Positions 1 to 13,496 of a DNA stretch of 64,000 nucleotides are shown here, in pieces; position 1 is the stretch's first letter, and each line of letters starts with the position of its first letter. A program made the position numbers and the translations under genes. The notes below the pieces were generated by a model. The model did no database searches and had not been told where the DNA came from. It saw only the letters and a program-made list of their open reading frames with translations. This DNA is from Octopus sinensis (taxonomy: Eukaryota). Location: NCBI RefSeq assembly GCF_006345805.1, contig NC_043011.1, positions 50,480,464 through 50,544,463 on the forward strand, read 5' to 3'.

Positions 1-104
1 TTTTGCCACCCTATATTGATTAATTATATATATATATATATATTATATTATATTATATATATATACATATATAATATATATACATATATATGTATATATT
101 TATA

Positions 105-138
<34 letters not shown>

Positions 139-1092
139 CATATATATATATGTGTTTTATACACACACACACACCCACCACATATATATATTATATATAT
201 ATATTTAATAATATCAAGGTAATAAAATATATTAGAAATTTCTACTATCAGTGGCCTAACGTGTAAATAATTTAGTAATTAGACTATATAATATTCATAT
301 AAATACAGTGTAAATTTAAACACATAAGAGGCATTCTTCATAGGACTCCTTCCACGCTAGAAACAACAGTTAACTTCCAAACCACTATTAGGGATAAAAC
401 TTTGAAGGGAATGAAAAATATAAACATTTGCCATCTAACTCCTGGACCATGGTTTCAGACATTTTCTACAAATAAAATAATTTGCTAGGCGAAGTCTTCT
501 TCAGCAGGTACACCTTAGATTAAACATATATACACGAGACAATCTAGTATATGGCCCGTGCTTATACATTCTAATTTATAAAAATCTACCGCGCAAGCGC
601 AGGTCCTTGTCGGCAGTAGAATTAAAATGCCGGCTTTTCAATTCTAAAATTATCCAGAAAAAAATAATCAATAATTAATATCAAGGGTAATAAGAAATAT
701 TAGAAATGTCTAGTACCAGTGGCCTAGCGTCTAAAAATTTAGCCATTAGACTATATATATTATTCATATAAATACAGTGTACGTTTAAACACATAAGAGG
801 CATCCATCATAGGACTTCTTTCTAGCGTGCAATGTATGTATGTGTATTTTTCTGTGTATGTGTGTGCGCGTATGGGAGTGAGAGTGATAGTGTGTGTGGT
901 ATCGGGTGGAGTCCTAGTGTGCGCCAGATCAGTTGTCTTCTAAAGCTTAGAGATGATCAACGCTTTGAGAGTGAATCTGGTAAACAGAAACCTTTTTGAA
1001 GCTCGTCATATATTTATCCATGAGTCTGTGTGTGCGAATATTCGCATGTGAGAGTGTGCGTGAATGTGTGTGTGTGTGTATGTGTGTATGAA

Positions 1093-1412
1093 GGTGCGTA
1101 GCTTAGTGGTTAGGCCATTCGCCTCAAGATTGTAAGGTCGTGAGTTCAATTCCTGGCGACGTGTTGTGTCCTTGAGCAAGACACTTTATTTCACGTTGCT
1201 CCAGTCCATTCAGCTGGCAAAAATTAGTAGTACTTGTATTTCAAAGGGCCGGCCTTGTCACACTCTGCGTCACGCTGAATCTCCCTGAGAACTACGTTAG
1301 GGGTACACGTGTCTGTGGATTGCTCAGTCACTTGCACGTTAATTTCACGAGCAAACTATTCCGTTGACCGTATCAGCAGGGACCCTCGTCGTCGTAACCG
1401 ACGGAGTGCTCC
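1093..1412 (+). mobile_element. tRNA-derived SINE, older variant with CORE-like segment and family-A 3' half
   Basis: A/B-box head, GTGTCCTTGAGCAAGACACTT motif, 3' end GTAACCGACGGAGTGCTCC shared with family A. Confidence 0.75.
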
Positions 1413-1817
1413 TATGTGTGTGTGTGTGTACTTATGTATTTCTGTGCGCGTGTTTTTGAGTTTTTGTCTGTACCACGCCGCTTCACAACAGGTGTTTTGT
1501 TTACGTGGAGGTAATCAAGGAGTTCAACCAAAAGAGACCGATAGAACAAATAACATACCTCAAACTATGAACTGGTGTTGAATTAATTGATCGACAAAAC
1601 ACTTCAAGGTTGTGACATGGCATGTTTGCTGTCCACTGAGGGAAATAAAGAAACATAACAAAATTATGTGCACAATGTACGAGAGATGCCGAAAAGTTCC
1701 TGAGTTTAAGGTTAGCGCAAAAGCCCTGGTTGGAGGGCCAACCTTCCGAGTTCTTATACAGGGCTTAGAGAAACGGAAAGTCTGCTGCAATAAGTGTGTG
1801 AATCTAGGAAGGGAATA

Positions 1818-2218
1818 TCTTTATATTATAAAAAGTAGGTGTGTGTCCTGTCTACTCCGATTTAGATTCCTAACTACTCCCACATTTTGCGGTGCAGTTT
1901 AAACCAAAACCGGGTATCTTATAGTCGTGATTACATATCGAGCCCCTTCTGGGTATTAGCGCGCGTCTACGATGAGTCTATACGATTTAAAAATATTACT
2001 ATACATTCTTTCCATTTTTTTAATGCATATTTTTTAAATATAAGGGAAGTAACTCTCTAAAAATGTCTACGATGAGTCAACGATTTTTTAAAAAATTTAC
2101 CATCATATTTTTTTCCCATTTTTATGCATTTTTTTTGCTATTTTTGGCTATAACTCTCTAAAAATGCTTTATAGTTATTTCCCTTACAAACCCGAGCAAC
2201 GCCGGGCGACACTGCTAG
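1818..2218 (+). mobile_element. Non-autonomous Helitron (about 400 bp)
   Basis: 5' A|TCTTTATATTATAAAA, subterminal hairpin CCCGAGCAACGCCGGG (2191-2206), 3' CTAG|T, A-T target with no TSD. Confidence 0.75.
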
Positions 2219-4637
2219 TTTTGAATAAAATCATAATTAACTGATCCTCCTTAATTTTCTCTTACTCAAATCCGGGATCTTTTCAGCATCACTCGTAAGT
2301 GATGTGATAGAGAGCTGAAACGGAAAGGGTCACCAGGCATTTTGTCCGACACCCTTTAATGAATGAATAACTGAATGAATGAAAGGATAACTCATAAAGA
2401 TGGGACATATTTTAAACATGAATAATTAAGAGACTAGAACACACAAGGTTTGAGAAGAAAATGGGAAAAAAATTAGAATATACAGGAATAAACAAAACAT
2501 AATAAAACAGTCAAACACGTAATCTCATGCATTGTCTTTCGGCTTAGAATTGAATCTCGTCTTCCAACATTGTCAGAAATATTTAAACTATAAGGTTACA
2601 TTAGTGTTTAGGCGTGTAAAACAAGACAGGTGTGTGTGTTTGCGCGCGCGTGAATATTATAAGTCCTAAAAACATTACCATAAGTCATCTTAAAAAGAAA
2701 TCACTTTTATCCAGTTGAAAGAAAAACATTTCGAATACACCCCACCCCAACCGCCGCTCATCAGGGAATAACAGCGACATCAACAGCCTCATTATAACCT
2801 TCACTAAATATTTGCTGCTATACCAGCAATAATCAGTAAGAAAATGAACACAACTGTTGTCTAAATTTCTTAATCTCACCGTAACTACCAACTACCTTTA
2901 TCATGTCGCTCGAAATGCGAGAAATTTCTTTCAAATCAAACTTCTCTCTGAAGAAAAAATGTATGATAAATTTGGTGGTGTCACTTTTAAGTTTATCTCG
3001 ATGGATTTTCTACAGAATTCAGAACCAACACGGCAAGTTTCGATGATTTACGTCTACGTAAAAAATGCGATCGAATATAGAATAAGTAGATAATGGGTGT
3101 ACATGCATATTTCGAGAATATTTTCTCTTTCATCAGTACCACATCCAATCCATCTTTTATCCACGAACGTTTTGCTTACAAATCCACTAGTTTTAGTTGT
3201 TTGGCACAAATGGATAGATTAATTTACATATTAGACACATTCCTGGCGACTGGTACGCACAAATTAATTGCAGTGCCGGTTGTGAATTCTACAGAAAATT
3301 TAAAGAGATAAATTTAAACGTGAACATATCGCGCACTACGAACACAAAATAAAACTCAATATGGACCTGTAAACCTGTATTATAAAGTATAACACTGCAT
3401 CTTTGCCAGAAATTAATATATACATACCAATAGTCAGGAATGTGTTTGATACATAAATTAGAATTTCCAATTGTCTTACACCATTAAAGTAATGGGCATT
3501 TAAACATGGGTTTGTGGATAGTTGATTGGTTGGATGTGATGATGATGAAAGTGTAATAAGTCTTGAAATATGCATATACACCCAATATCTATTTCATCTA
3601 TCTTCGATTGCATTATTTATATAGATTTAATCGTTTATGAAACGTTGTAACTTGTAGTGCTATAGAAATATACTTAAAATTGAGCATATCGCATTGCTAA
3701 CACACGAGAGGTACAATATTGACTTGTAAACCTATAATATACTTGGTAGTATATTATGGTTGATACGAGATACTGTGTCCTTGCCAGCAATTAATTTTAT
3801 AATGTACTCTGAAGTAAATTGTCAGCAAAACAGAACTGTCACACCTAGAATTTTTTTTTAGTTATCAAGTGTGCTCGGTCCAATCAGATATGGCAACGTA
3901 GCGAAACACCAGCAATACCAACAATGGTAAATCTCACATCTTAAAATAATTAATAATGACATCTGAAAAAGTCGAACTATTTGATTCTGAGGACGAACAG
4001 CGAGTTGTTTCTATATTAAATTAAAGACATTTCTAAAAATTATTCTTCAAACCTTCAGATTGTATGTGAACGAGGAAGCAGGAAGAGTGCGATGGAATGA
4101 TAGTATTACGAAATACCACTATTCTGAAAGCAAGAGACGCATGCAGAAATGTTGTCTTCGGCTTGGCTGAACTTTCAGTGAAACTATATAATAATATTGA
4201 AAACTTAAAAGTTGGAATCTAATTCAAGTATCAAGACCTAAAACTGAAGTCTCTCGCCGTAATATAATTCACTTGTCAAGCCTTCAACGTAATTCAAGTA
4301 GGAACCCTCAAGCTGAAATAAGACAGATCGTTGAGAAACGACGTGTCGGAACCTTTTACTAGTCATGACCGCTAGGTGTCCTTGCTGAATTAATTACATT
4401 TGCTCTACATTTACCGCCCAACTAAATAATTCGGTGGCAAGCTATATATCGTTGAAGTGATCTCAAGTAGTTTTGTATATTGACCAAACACTTGTTATCG
4501 ACACATCGACACCGCTCGTTAGCACGCTCGGTGTTGTCGGCAGTGTGGTTATATTGATTGCTATGTTATCAATCATGGATTTAGGTGATCATCTCATATT
4601 TTCTATCGTAGGTGTAGATGATTTTGGCAACAGCGTG

Positions 4638-4680
<43 letters not shown>

Positions 4681-4854
4681 ATTTTTTTTTTCTTCTTCTT
4701 TCAAATTGCTTCATTTCTTGCCGAGCGTCTTCCGACTCCTAGGGCAAAGAAACTCATAGTATACATTGGTAGGCCATTAAACCAACTCAATAGTTCGTTC
4801 ATTTTTTTTCTTTTTTAAGGTTATTATATTATTATTATATTATTATTATTATTA

Positions 4855-4897
<43 letters not shown>

Positions 4898-5586
4898 CCA
4901 GCATTTACATACAATTTTATATAACTTTATGGATTTATTTACTTCCAGATCAAACGTTTCAGAGAAGCATTATTTCTCACTCTCGAAGTTTATAAAGTCC
5001 TATCGCGTCCACATGCAAATACATACATACATACATACATACATACATACATACATACATACATACATACATACATACGTAGGTACGTACGTACGTACAT
5101 ACGTACATACATGCTCAAAACCAGAAAGGAGGAAACTGATTCGAAGACTAAAGATTTAATCCATCACTGGAACTATAAAAATCTGTAACATTTTCCAGTT
5201 TTTCATTTAAGTTTTCATCTATGAACATGTCTAGACATGAAACTATATGTATGAAAAGACATGCAGAAAACAAAACATACACATCTGCTCATATACATAC
5301 ATACATGCATACATACATACCCTGGTGATGTTGAAATTTCAGTGAAGGAGCCTTGGATCTAGGTTAGAAACCGACTTTTTGTCAATAAATCTTGAAAAAG
5401 ACTGAATAAGGATATGCATACACACATACATACATACATACATACATACATACATACATACATACATACATACATACATGCATACAAGAAGAAGAAAGAA
5501 GAAGAAGAAGAAGAAGAAGAAGAAGAAGAAGAAGAAAAAGAAAGAAGAAGAAGAAGAAGAAGAAGAAGAAGAAGAGAAGAAGAAGA

Positions 5587-6513
5587 AACAAAATCTATAA
5601 AACAAATGAAATCTAAACTAAAACTAGAACGGCAACGGACTTTGATAAAACGATAGCAAGAAAAGCCCCTTCATGGCAAATGCTTGGCTAAATAAACACA
5701 AAAGAAATAAACAGAGAAAAATCCCAGCAGCGGTTGAGAAGCTCATGACTCAAAGCAGAGACAGAAGGATGTTTAATTGCAGCACAAAACCACAGCCTCC
5801 CCACCAGAAATTACTAAAAATATATAATGAAAATAAACATAATAAATAACTGCAGAATATGTGAGATGGACAAGAAACAATAAATTATATTATCTCTGGC
5901 TGCTCAGTCCTGGCTAAGAAGGAATATATTCAGACACGACAGAGTTGGGACCTACATACACTGGAAGCTATGCCAACACTATGGAATAACAACGGAAAAA
6001 ATATGGTATAAGCACACGCCAGAAATGATCACAGAAAACGAGAATGCCACCATATCATGAGATACTCCAATACAACAGATAGAGAAATTAAGGCAAATAG
6101 GCCAGATATAGTTGCCAGGGATCATGAAGGGAAAAAATGCCTTCTAATTTATGTATCAATACCAGCAGATGACAATGTTTCTCTAAAAGAAATGGGGAAA
6201 CTCTCAAATTACATAGATCTGGAAATAGAGGTAACTCAAATGTGGAATCTAAAAGCAGAAACAATTCCTATCATAGTGGGCGCATTATGTATGATAAAAT
6301 GATATTCAGATAAATACATAACAATAATACTAGAACTCACAAATATATATAACATACAGAAAATTGCATTACTGGGTACTGCTCACCTCCTACGCAAAAC
6401 ACTTTCAATACAGTAACCATAAGTGCATCACAGCAAATCACAGCACATACCCAAAGCGCACAGTGCTGCATTCGGTAGTGAAATCAAAACTCGTTATAAA
6501 AATAAACTACTGA
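5587..6513 (+). mobile_element. R4/Dong-clade non-LTR retrotransposon, 5'-truncated, decayed
   Basis: Remnants of KPLHGK, ETEG.LIAAQ, the CCHC knuckle and the RLE domain (DREIKANRPDIVARDHE...CLLI.VSIP). 3' end ACTACTGAATAATAAT; 5' junction in (GAA)n. Confidence 0.85.
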
Positions 6514-6549
6514 ATAATAATAATTTTATTATTGTTATTATTATTATTA

Positions 6550-6585
<36 letters not shown>

Positions 6586-6607
6586 TATTTATTATTATTA
6601 GTTGCAA

Positions 6608-6835
6608 CGGCGGGCGAAATGCTTAACGAAACGTTAGCACGCCGGGAGAAATGCTTAGCGGTAATTCGTCTGTCTTTTATGTTCGGAGTTCGAAATTCCG
6701 CCGAGGTCGACTATGCCTTTAATCCTTCTCGGGGTCGATAAATTAAGTACCAGTTGCGTTCTGGGGTCAGTATAATCGACTGGCGCTCTCCTCCCAAATT
6801 TCAGGCTTTGTGCCTATAGTAGAATGGATTATTGT
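6608..6835 (+). mobile_element. SINE family B, older variant
   Basis: GAAACGTTAGCACGCCGGG and GAGGTCGACTATGCCTTTAATCC motifs. Confidence 0.75.
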
Positions 6836-7665
6836 TATTAAAGCAACACTAAATTGCTAAATTATCTAAGTCAGCATTAAGATACTGGAACCTTTCGAAC
6901 TGATCCTTTGTTAGTTCGGCCATTGAACGACTACAGTATCAGCTGTAGGGGCAGCAACAGCCGCAGCGGCAACATTGACAACAGCAGCACTTCGCTTCGG
7001 ATGCTTTTCCCGATAGAGGGCGTACATATTTTCATTTCATATGTTTTTTTCTTATGGGGTTTGTTTTTATTATATGATATATAATTGTGTCTATTATTCT
7101 CTATTTCAGGTAATAAAGCTCGAAACAGCTCAAAATAGAACTCACTAATTGCAACACATTAAAAAAAAAGTTCATTATGCAACTACATAGAGTTAAACAA
7201 CTCATTTCTTCCCTTATCCTAGTTCCCTGACTTTCCTAGCAATATCGTCACCGCCACCGCCGTCGCCGCCGACAACATCACTATCACCACCACCATCAAG
7301 AATTTGAAACTCACCCCCACCCGTTTCTATGATCCTAAAATCAGGGGTTAATACATCCTTGCAAAACATAAAACAACCCATTAATTTAATGTCAAGAACA
7401 TTTATGATATTGGCTTCCATCGTTATTTTTATTTCTGCGTGTCTATACACTCGCGTGTGTGCATGTGTGTGTGTATGTATATATATATATATATATATTG
7501 TGTGTGGTGTGTGTGGATGTAAGTGTATGTATATGTGTGTGCATGATTGTGTGTATGTGTGTGTAATTCTTTGTATACGTATCTGCTTTTAGGCGAAACT
7601 ATAATAAGCGTAAAAAATAACTGCTGAGTATTCAAATTATTTTTAAAAAAACAACAAAAAAATTA

Positions 7666-7667
<2 letters not shown>

Positions 7668-7704
<37 letters not shown>

Positions 7705-7759
7705 TCATAATAATAATAATGATAATAATAATGATAATAATAATAATAATGATAATAAT

Positions 7760-7813
<54 letters not shown>

Positions 7814-8268
7814 CCTTCTAATCGATATATCAGTACCAACAGATGACAATGCATCACTAAAAGAAACGGAGAAACTCTCAAAATACAAAAATCTGGAAAT
7901 AGTGGTAATTCGAATGTGGAGCCTAAAAACAGAAACAATGCCTATAATAATAGGTGCATTTGGTATGATAAAAAAAACCATTCACATAAGCAAGAAAAAA
8001 CAATTTATAACCAAAACACTAGGTTTTACAAATGTATAAAACGGGCAGGAAATAACACTACTAAGCACTCCAGACGTCCTACGTGAAGCTCTTTCAATAC
8101 AGTGGAAATAAAAGCCCCACGACAAAGCACAGCACATACCCAAGACACACAGGCTGTGCTCGGTAGTGCCGTGATAGCACGTGATAATAATAAGACCACT
8201 GAATAATAATAATATGAAGAAGAAGAAGAAGAAGAAGAAGAAGGGTGAGGAGGAGGAGGGGGAATGGG

Positions 8269-8361
<93 letters not shown>

Positions 8362-8395
8362 ATGATGATAATGATGGTGATGGTGGTGGTGGTGG

Positions 8396-8455
<60 letters not shown>

Positions 8456-8497
8456 GGAGGGGAGGAGGAGGAGGAGGAGGAGGAGGAGGAGGAGGAG
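7668..8497. repeat. Compound triplet array (AAT, GAT, AAG, GAG, GGT) around an R4/Dong fragment
   Basis: Direct inspection. Confidence 0.9.
7813..8203 (+). mobile_element. R4/Dong 3' fragment
   Basis: RLE C-terminal remnant and 3' UTR; flanked by (GAT)n/(AAT)n and (AAT)n. Confidence 0.8.
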
Positions 8498-9597
8498 GAT
8501 AGAAATATTTAAGAGACGGGTGCTTAGGAATAGTAAGATCAGCGGTGAACGGAAGGATGAGAAAGAGAATGGTGATATCAGGACTGACAACATCACAGAC
8601 ACAAACAATCTGATAAAAGGCAATCGCGATATTTATAGCCTGCAAGTTAGGTTTGAAAGCCAAAGATAAATGTCAATATAACCTGAAGGAACCATGGTGG
8701 AAAAGGAGAATAACGCAGACTATTTACGAGACCAGAAAGCATATTAATATTCTGGAAATTCAGTAGGAGAAATATGTCGAGCTAGAGAGGAAGTATAGGG
8801 TGAAGAGAAAGGGAATCAATATTGTGATTGAGAAATGAAAGCAGAGGGTGAAAGCTAAAGTATATAACCTAAAGAGATAGGAACAGAGAATAGCACAATA
8901 CAGATTAAACAGTGCTCAAGAACAAGCTCTCAAAACAAACTATTCCAAATGTAACATTCAGAAAAGCACTGACTCGCCACAGTGTAGGATGTGTTCTGAG
9001 AAGGGAGAAAGCCATATTGTTAGTGGAGGCGCAATGGCCCAGTGGTTAGGACAGCGGACTCGCGGTCGTAGGATCGCGGTTTCAATTCCCAGACCGGGCG
9101 TTGTGAGTGTTTATTGAGCGAAAACACCTAAAGCTCCATGAAGCTCCGGCAGGGGATGGTGGTGATCCCTGCTGTACTCTTTCACACAACACTTTCTCTC
9201 ACTCTTACTTCCTGTTTTGTGTAACCTGTATTTCAAAGGCCGGCCTTGTCACTCTTTGTGTCACGCTGAATATCCCCGAGAACTACGTTAAGGGTACACG
9301 TGTCTGTGGAGTGCTCAGCCACTTACACGTTAATTTCACGAGCAGGCTGTTCCGTTGATTCAGATCAACCGGAACCCACGTCGTCGTAACCGACGGAGTG
9401 CTTCCTATGTAAGCTCGTACAACGCGAATATAAAAGGAGACAGAACAATGTGGCCAGATATGTGCACTGGCTGTTGTGCGGCGAAGCAAACCTCGAACAA
9501 TGATATGAATACAAGGCAGGGGGAGTAATGGAAAACGAACATTACAAAATACTCTGGGATTTTAAACGTGCAGTGCGACAAAGTCATAGAGGCGAGA
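8498..9597 (+). mobile_element. Older R4/Dong-type LINE fragments interrupted by a SINE at 9025-9405
   Basis: KEPWWKRRI, AQEQALKT, CRMC, VARYVHWLLC and ENEHYKILWDF/QCDKVIEAR remnants; ends at the N gap. Confidence 0.75.
9025..9405 (+). mobile_element. SINE family A (tRNA-derived, about 380 bp), full length
   Basis: Head GGAGGCGCAATGGCCCAGTGGTTAGG...; near-identical to the copies listed below. Confidence 0.9.
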
Positions 9598-9697
9598 NNN
9601 NNNNNNNNNNNNNNNNNNNNNNNNNNNNNNNNNNNNNNNNNNNNNNNNNNNNNNNNNNNNNNNNNNNNNNNNNNNNNNNNNNNNNNNNNNNNNNNNN
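9598..9697. other. Assembly gap (100 N)
   Basis: Run of N. Confidence 1.
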
Positions 9698-10147
9698 ATA
9701 TATTGAAAACAAGAAGAAATTTAATCCAAGATATTCTGTTTCTGTATTCAACTATTGGTGACGTCAGTGTATAACGAAAGAATAAAAAATAAACATAAGA
9801 ATTCAATGTTATGACAATTAGAAACGTAGAGATTTTACGTCACGACAATTAGTTAATGATTGAATATAGGAAACATTTTTTAGAAAAATTATGCTTATTA
9901 TATAACTTGAAAAGCAAGTATAATTAAGAACTGAAATATTTAAATGCCTTCCGAAATTTGTGGCAACATTTTATTGTAAAATTCCAATTAAAATTTAATA
10001 AAAGTAATCTAAACGTAATTATATAAACATTTCTTCGTAGAACTGCCGCGTGCATACTATATTTGATAAATGGACAACTATTTGTCAAGAAGTAAAGTCT
10101 ATATGTTTCTAATTGTCGTAACGTTGAATATGTGTGTGTGTCTGTGT

Positions 10148-10178
<31 letters not shown>

Positions 10179-11351
10179 CATAAAGTACGAATCAAATACA
10201 AACGGCAAAAGTCAACGTTAGCACAAGACACTTTCTCAGTCAATATTATTGGCTTGACACTTAAGGACGAATGGTAGCAGTGAATGGTATTATGTTTCGG
10301 ACAGAATACTTTTTCAAATACAAGAGAAATTCCCATGAGAACCTGGGAAGAGAAAGAAGTGATAAGTCTGCAAATATGTGTGTATGCGTAAGTATAAGAG
10401 TGTGTGTACCCATATATGTTAACACAGAGTAATGAAAGCGAGACAGAATTCAAAAAGAAAAGAAAATATTTGTGGTTCTCACTCCCACGCGAGAGAGAAA
10501 TCACTGTTTAAGGTCAACTTAAAGGAATACATCTTTGCCATCTCTACATCTCCATTCACAATTGTAGAACTGCCTCGCGCACACAAATATGGTTATTGAT
10601 AGTTGTAAGGGAAAGAGAAAGCAATTTTGGCTGTCTTTATTTAGATTGTATTTTTGTCGGCTCACGATCGTCCATGTTCATGGATTTAACGCAGGCAACA
10701 ACAGTCAGCTCAAGTATAATTAACCTCATGTGGGGCCTTCTTGTTCTTTTTATTCACGAGTAAATAGCATTGTTGTTGATTGTATTATTGATTGTATTAT
10801 TCTGAACTGTTTCAGAATTCGTGGTATAATAATTTTTTTTTTCTTCAGATAAAGCAAATTTTTCTATTTCTAAAACATCTGTGTACCGGGGGTATCAAAC
10901 AGGCTGGTTCGTGTTTGTTTTGTTCCGCAGTGGAAACACTCTTTGGCTTGTTTTGTTCGGCTGGATTTTGTTTTCGTCTCTTCTTTTTATTAGTTTTTGC
11001 TCTGGGGCTTTGGGAACCGTTCACTCGCTGACTCGACGTCTTTTCAAAATAAAGTGAAATAAAAATTGAAAATGCCAGTAATTTTCTGTTTTGTTTTTTT
11101 TTTTCTGTTTTTTATATGTTTTTTTGTAATGTCATTAAAATAAATGTGTTTGTCTTATGAAATATTTATCATGACACAAAACAAATAACTTTAAATTTCT
11201 CAAACAGCAGCTTCGGTAAGTGATATTCCAAGTACTAAGGAGAAGTAACAAGACGTCTGCACGCATTGAAAACAACAACAGCAAAAACAAAAGCAACAAC
11301 AATAGTAATACTAATACTATTACTAATAATAATAATATTAATAACAATAAC

Positions 11352-11409
<58 letters not shown>

Positions 11410-11412
<3 letters not shown>

Positions 11413-11683
11413 TGGAATCTAAAAACAGAAACAACTCCTATCATAGTAGGTGCATTAGGCATGATAAAAAAATATTCAGACAAATACATAACAAAAACAC
11501 CAGGACTTACAAACACATACAACATACAGAAAATTGCACTACTAGGCACTGCACACATCCTACGCAGAACACTCTCCATACAATAACCATCAAGCATCAC
11601 AACAAATCACAGCACATACCCAAGGCACACAGAGCTGCGCTCGGTAGTGAGTGAAAGCACGCTATAAAAATAAAACTACTGAA
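11410..11683 (+). mobile_element. R4/Dong 3' fragment inside (AAT)n
   Basis: MWNLKTETTPIIVGALGMIKKYSDKYITKTPGLTNTYNIQKIALLGTAHILRRTLSIQ* plus 3' UTR. Confidence 0.85.
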
Positions 11684-11831
11684 TAATATAATAATAATAA
11701 TAATAATAATAATATAATAATTAATAATAATAATAATGGTAACAACAAAACACAACAAACAACATAATAATATAATGATGATGATGATTGATGTGATGAT
11801 GATGATGATGATGATAACAACAACAACACAA

Positions 11832-13260
11832 CATTCAGAACTGTCAAACAGACCTGGATAAGAATACAAATGTTCTGGTACGACTATTAACTAGATTTTG
11901 TATATGGATGATTTCGAGTTCTATGTTGGAAATGATAAACAACTGGAAACGTTGCTGCAGACAGTACGCGGATTTACCATGGAAATAAAAATGAGATTGG
12001 ATTAGAAGAATTTGCCAAAACGCTCTTGAAGAGTAGAAAAAAAAACTAATTAAGAAACTCACCATACAAAATGAAAAAACGAAAAACGAGATAAGTGAAT
12101 TAGAGCAAACACAGCTATATAAATACTTTGTATAGCTTTCTTAGGAATCATAAAACAAGGCAATATAAAATACACACAAAAAAAATTTAGGAAGGAATAA
12201 TATAATATATATATAATCGGATTAATAATTATGGAAAACGAAATGTAAAAAGATATGGTAATAGGCATCGTTACTCTAGTTATTTTAGTAATAAAAACCA
12301 GTTACCATATTCTAAACTGGGCACTAAACGAGCGAGCTTGACTAAACAGAAAAATAAGGCATATAATAAATATATTTAGTATAACCAACCAAAAGCTGAT
12401 ATTGAAAGACAACACATCTCATGAATACAAGGCAGTAGGTGTCATGTAGCGTCAGAAAACTGCTACGAAATAACCACTGTACGACAAAAAATATCTGGTT
12501 CTTATAAATAGCTACAAACCAAAATAGAAAAAAAAAGGAATACCATTTCATATTGTTTCAAGGTAGCCAACAAATGCAAAACTGAGGAGACTGCAATATC
12601 AGATAATTTGGAAGCGCTCCGTCGGTTACGATGACGAGGGTTCCGGTTGATCCGAATCAACGGAACAGACTGCTCGTGAAATTAACGTGTAAGTGGCTGA
12701 GTACTCCACAGACACGTGTAACCTTAACGTAGTTCTTGGGGATATTCAGCGTGACACAGAGAGTGACAAGGCCGGCCCTTTGAAATACAGGTACAACATA
12801 AACAGGAAGTAAGAGTGAGAGAAAGTTGTGGTGAAAGAGTACAGCAGGGATCACCACCATCCCATGCCGGAGCCTCGTGGAGCTTTTTTAGGTGTTTTCG
12901 CTCAATAAACACTCACAACGCCCGGTCTGGGAATCGAAACCGCGATCCTATGACCGCGAGTCCGCTGCCTTAACCACTGGGCCTTTGCGCCTCCATCAGA
13001 TAATAAGGACAGTGGGAAAATGATGAAAGAAATCGTGACTGTAAATATCTAAACTTAAGTTCAAACTACAGATTGTCATGATAAAATGATAACCAGGATT
13101 AAAAAAATCTTCATGGCCAATGCTGGAAAATTTTCAACAAAGTGGAAATAGACAAAGGAAAACTATACTGGCGGAGGAGTGCAGGAATCAAAGCAAAGGT
13201 ATTTTATTTTTTCCACACGGGAACGATGGAAAGCAAAGGCGACCTGGGCGGGATTTGAAA
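11832..13260 (+). mobile_element. Decayed R4/Dong-type reverse transcriptase region, interrupted by a SINE at 12608-12994
   Basis: YMDD motif (TATATGGATGAT near 11902) followed by NDKQLETLLQTV; many stops and frameshifts. Confidence 0.65.
12608..12994 (-). mobile_element. SINE family A, full length
   Basis: TSD ATCAGATAAT at 12598-12607 and 12995-13004. Confidence 0.92.
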
Positions 13261-13423
13261 TTAAGCAATGAAGAAATAAAGCGGATATAGATTAGATCTT
13301 ATACAGACGAAAAAATTTCAACGTATGTGTGCATGTCTGTCTGTTGTGTATGCGTGTGTGTGTGTGTGTGAATGCGTGTGTTAATGTGTGTAATATATGT
13401 GTGTGTTAATGTGTGTAATATAT

Positions 13424-13496
13424 GCCCGGCTAGCTCAGTCGGTAGAGCACGAGACTCTTAATCTCGGGGTCGTGGGTTCGAGCCCCACGTTGGGCG
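13424..13496 (+). tRNA. tRNA-Lys(CTT): tRNA-Lys, anticodon CTT
   Basis: 73-nt GCCCGGCTAGCTCAGTCGGTAGAGCACGAGACTCTTAATCTCGGGGTCGTGGGTTCGAGCCCCACGTTGGGCG. Full cloverleaf with a paired CGAGA/TCTCG anticodon stem, A and B boxes, and a TTTTT terminator at 13503-13507. Confidence 0.96.

Noticed and set aside
10857-11040. Minus-strand Lys-rich open stretch after a possible acceptor
   Set aside because: No paralog, motif or compatible neighbouring exon.
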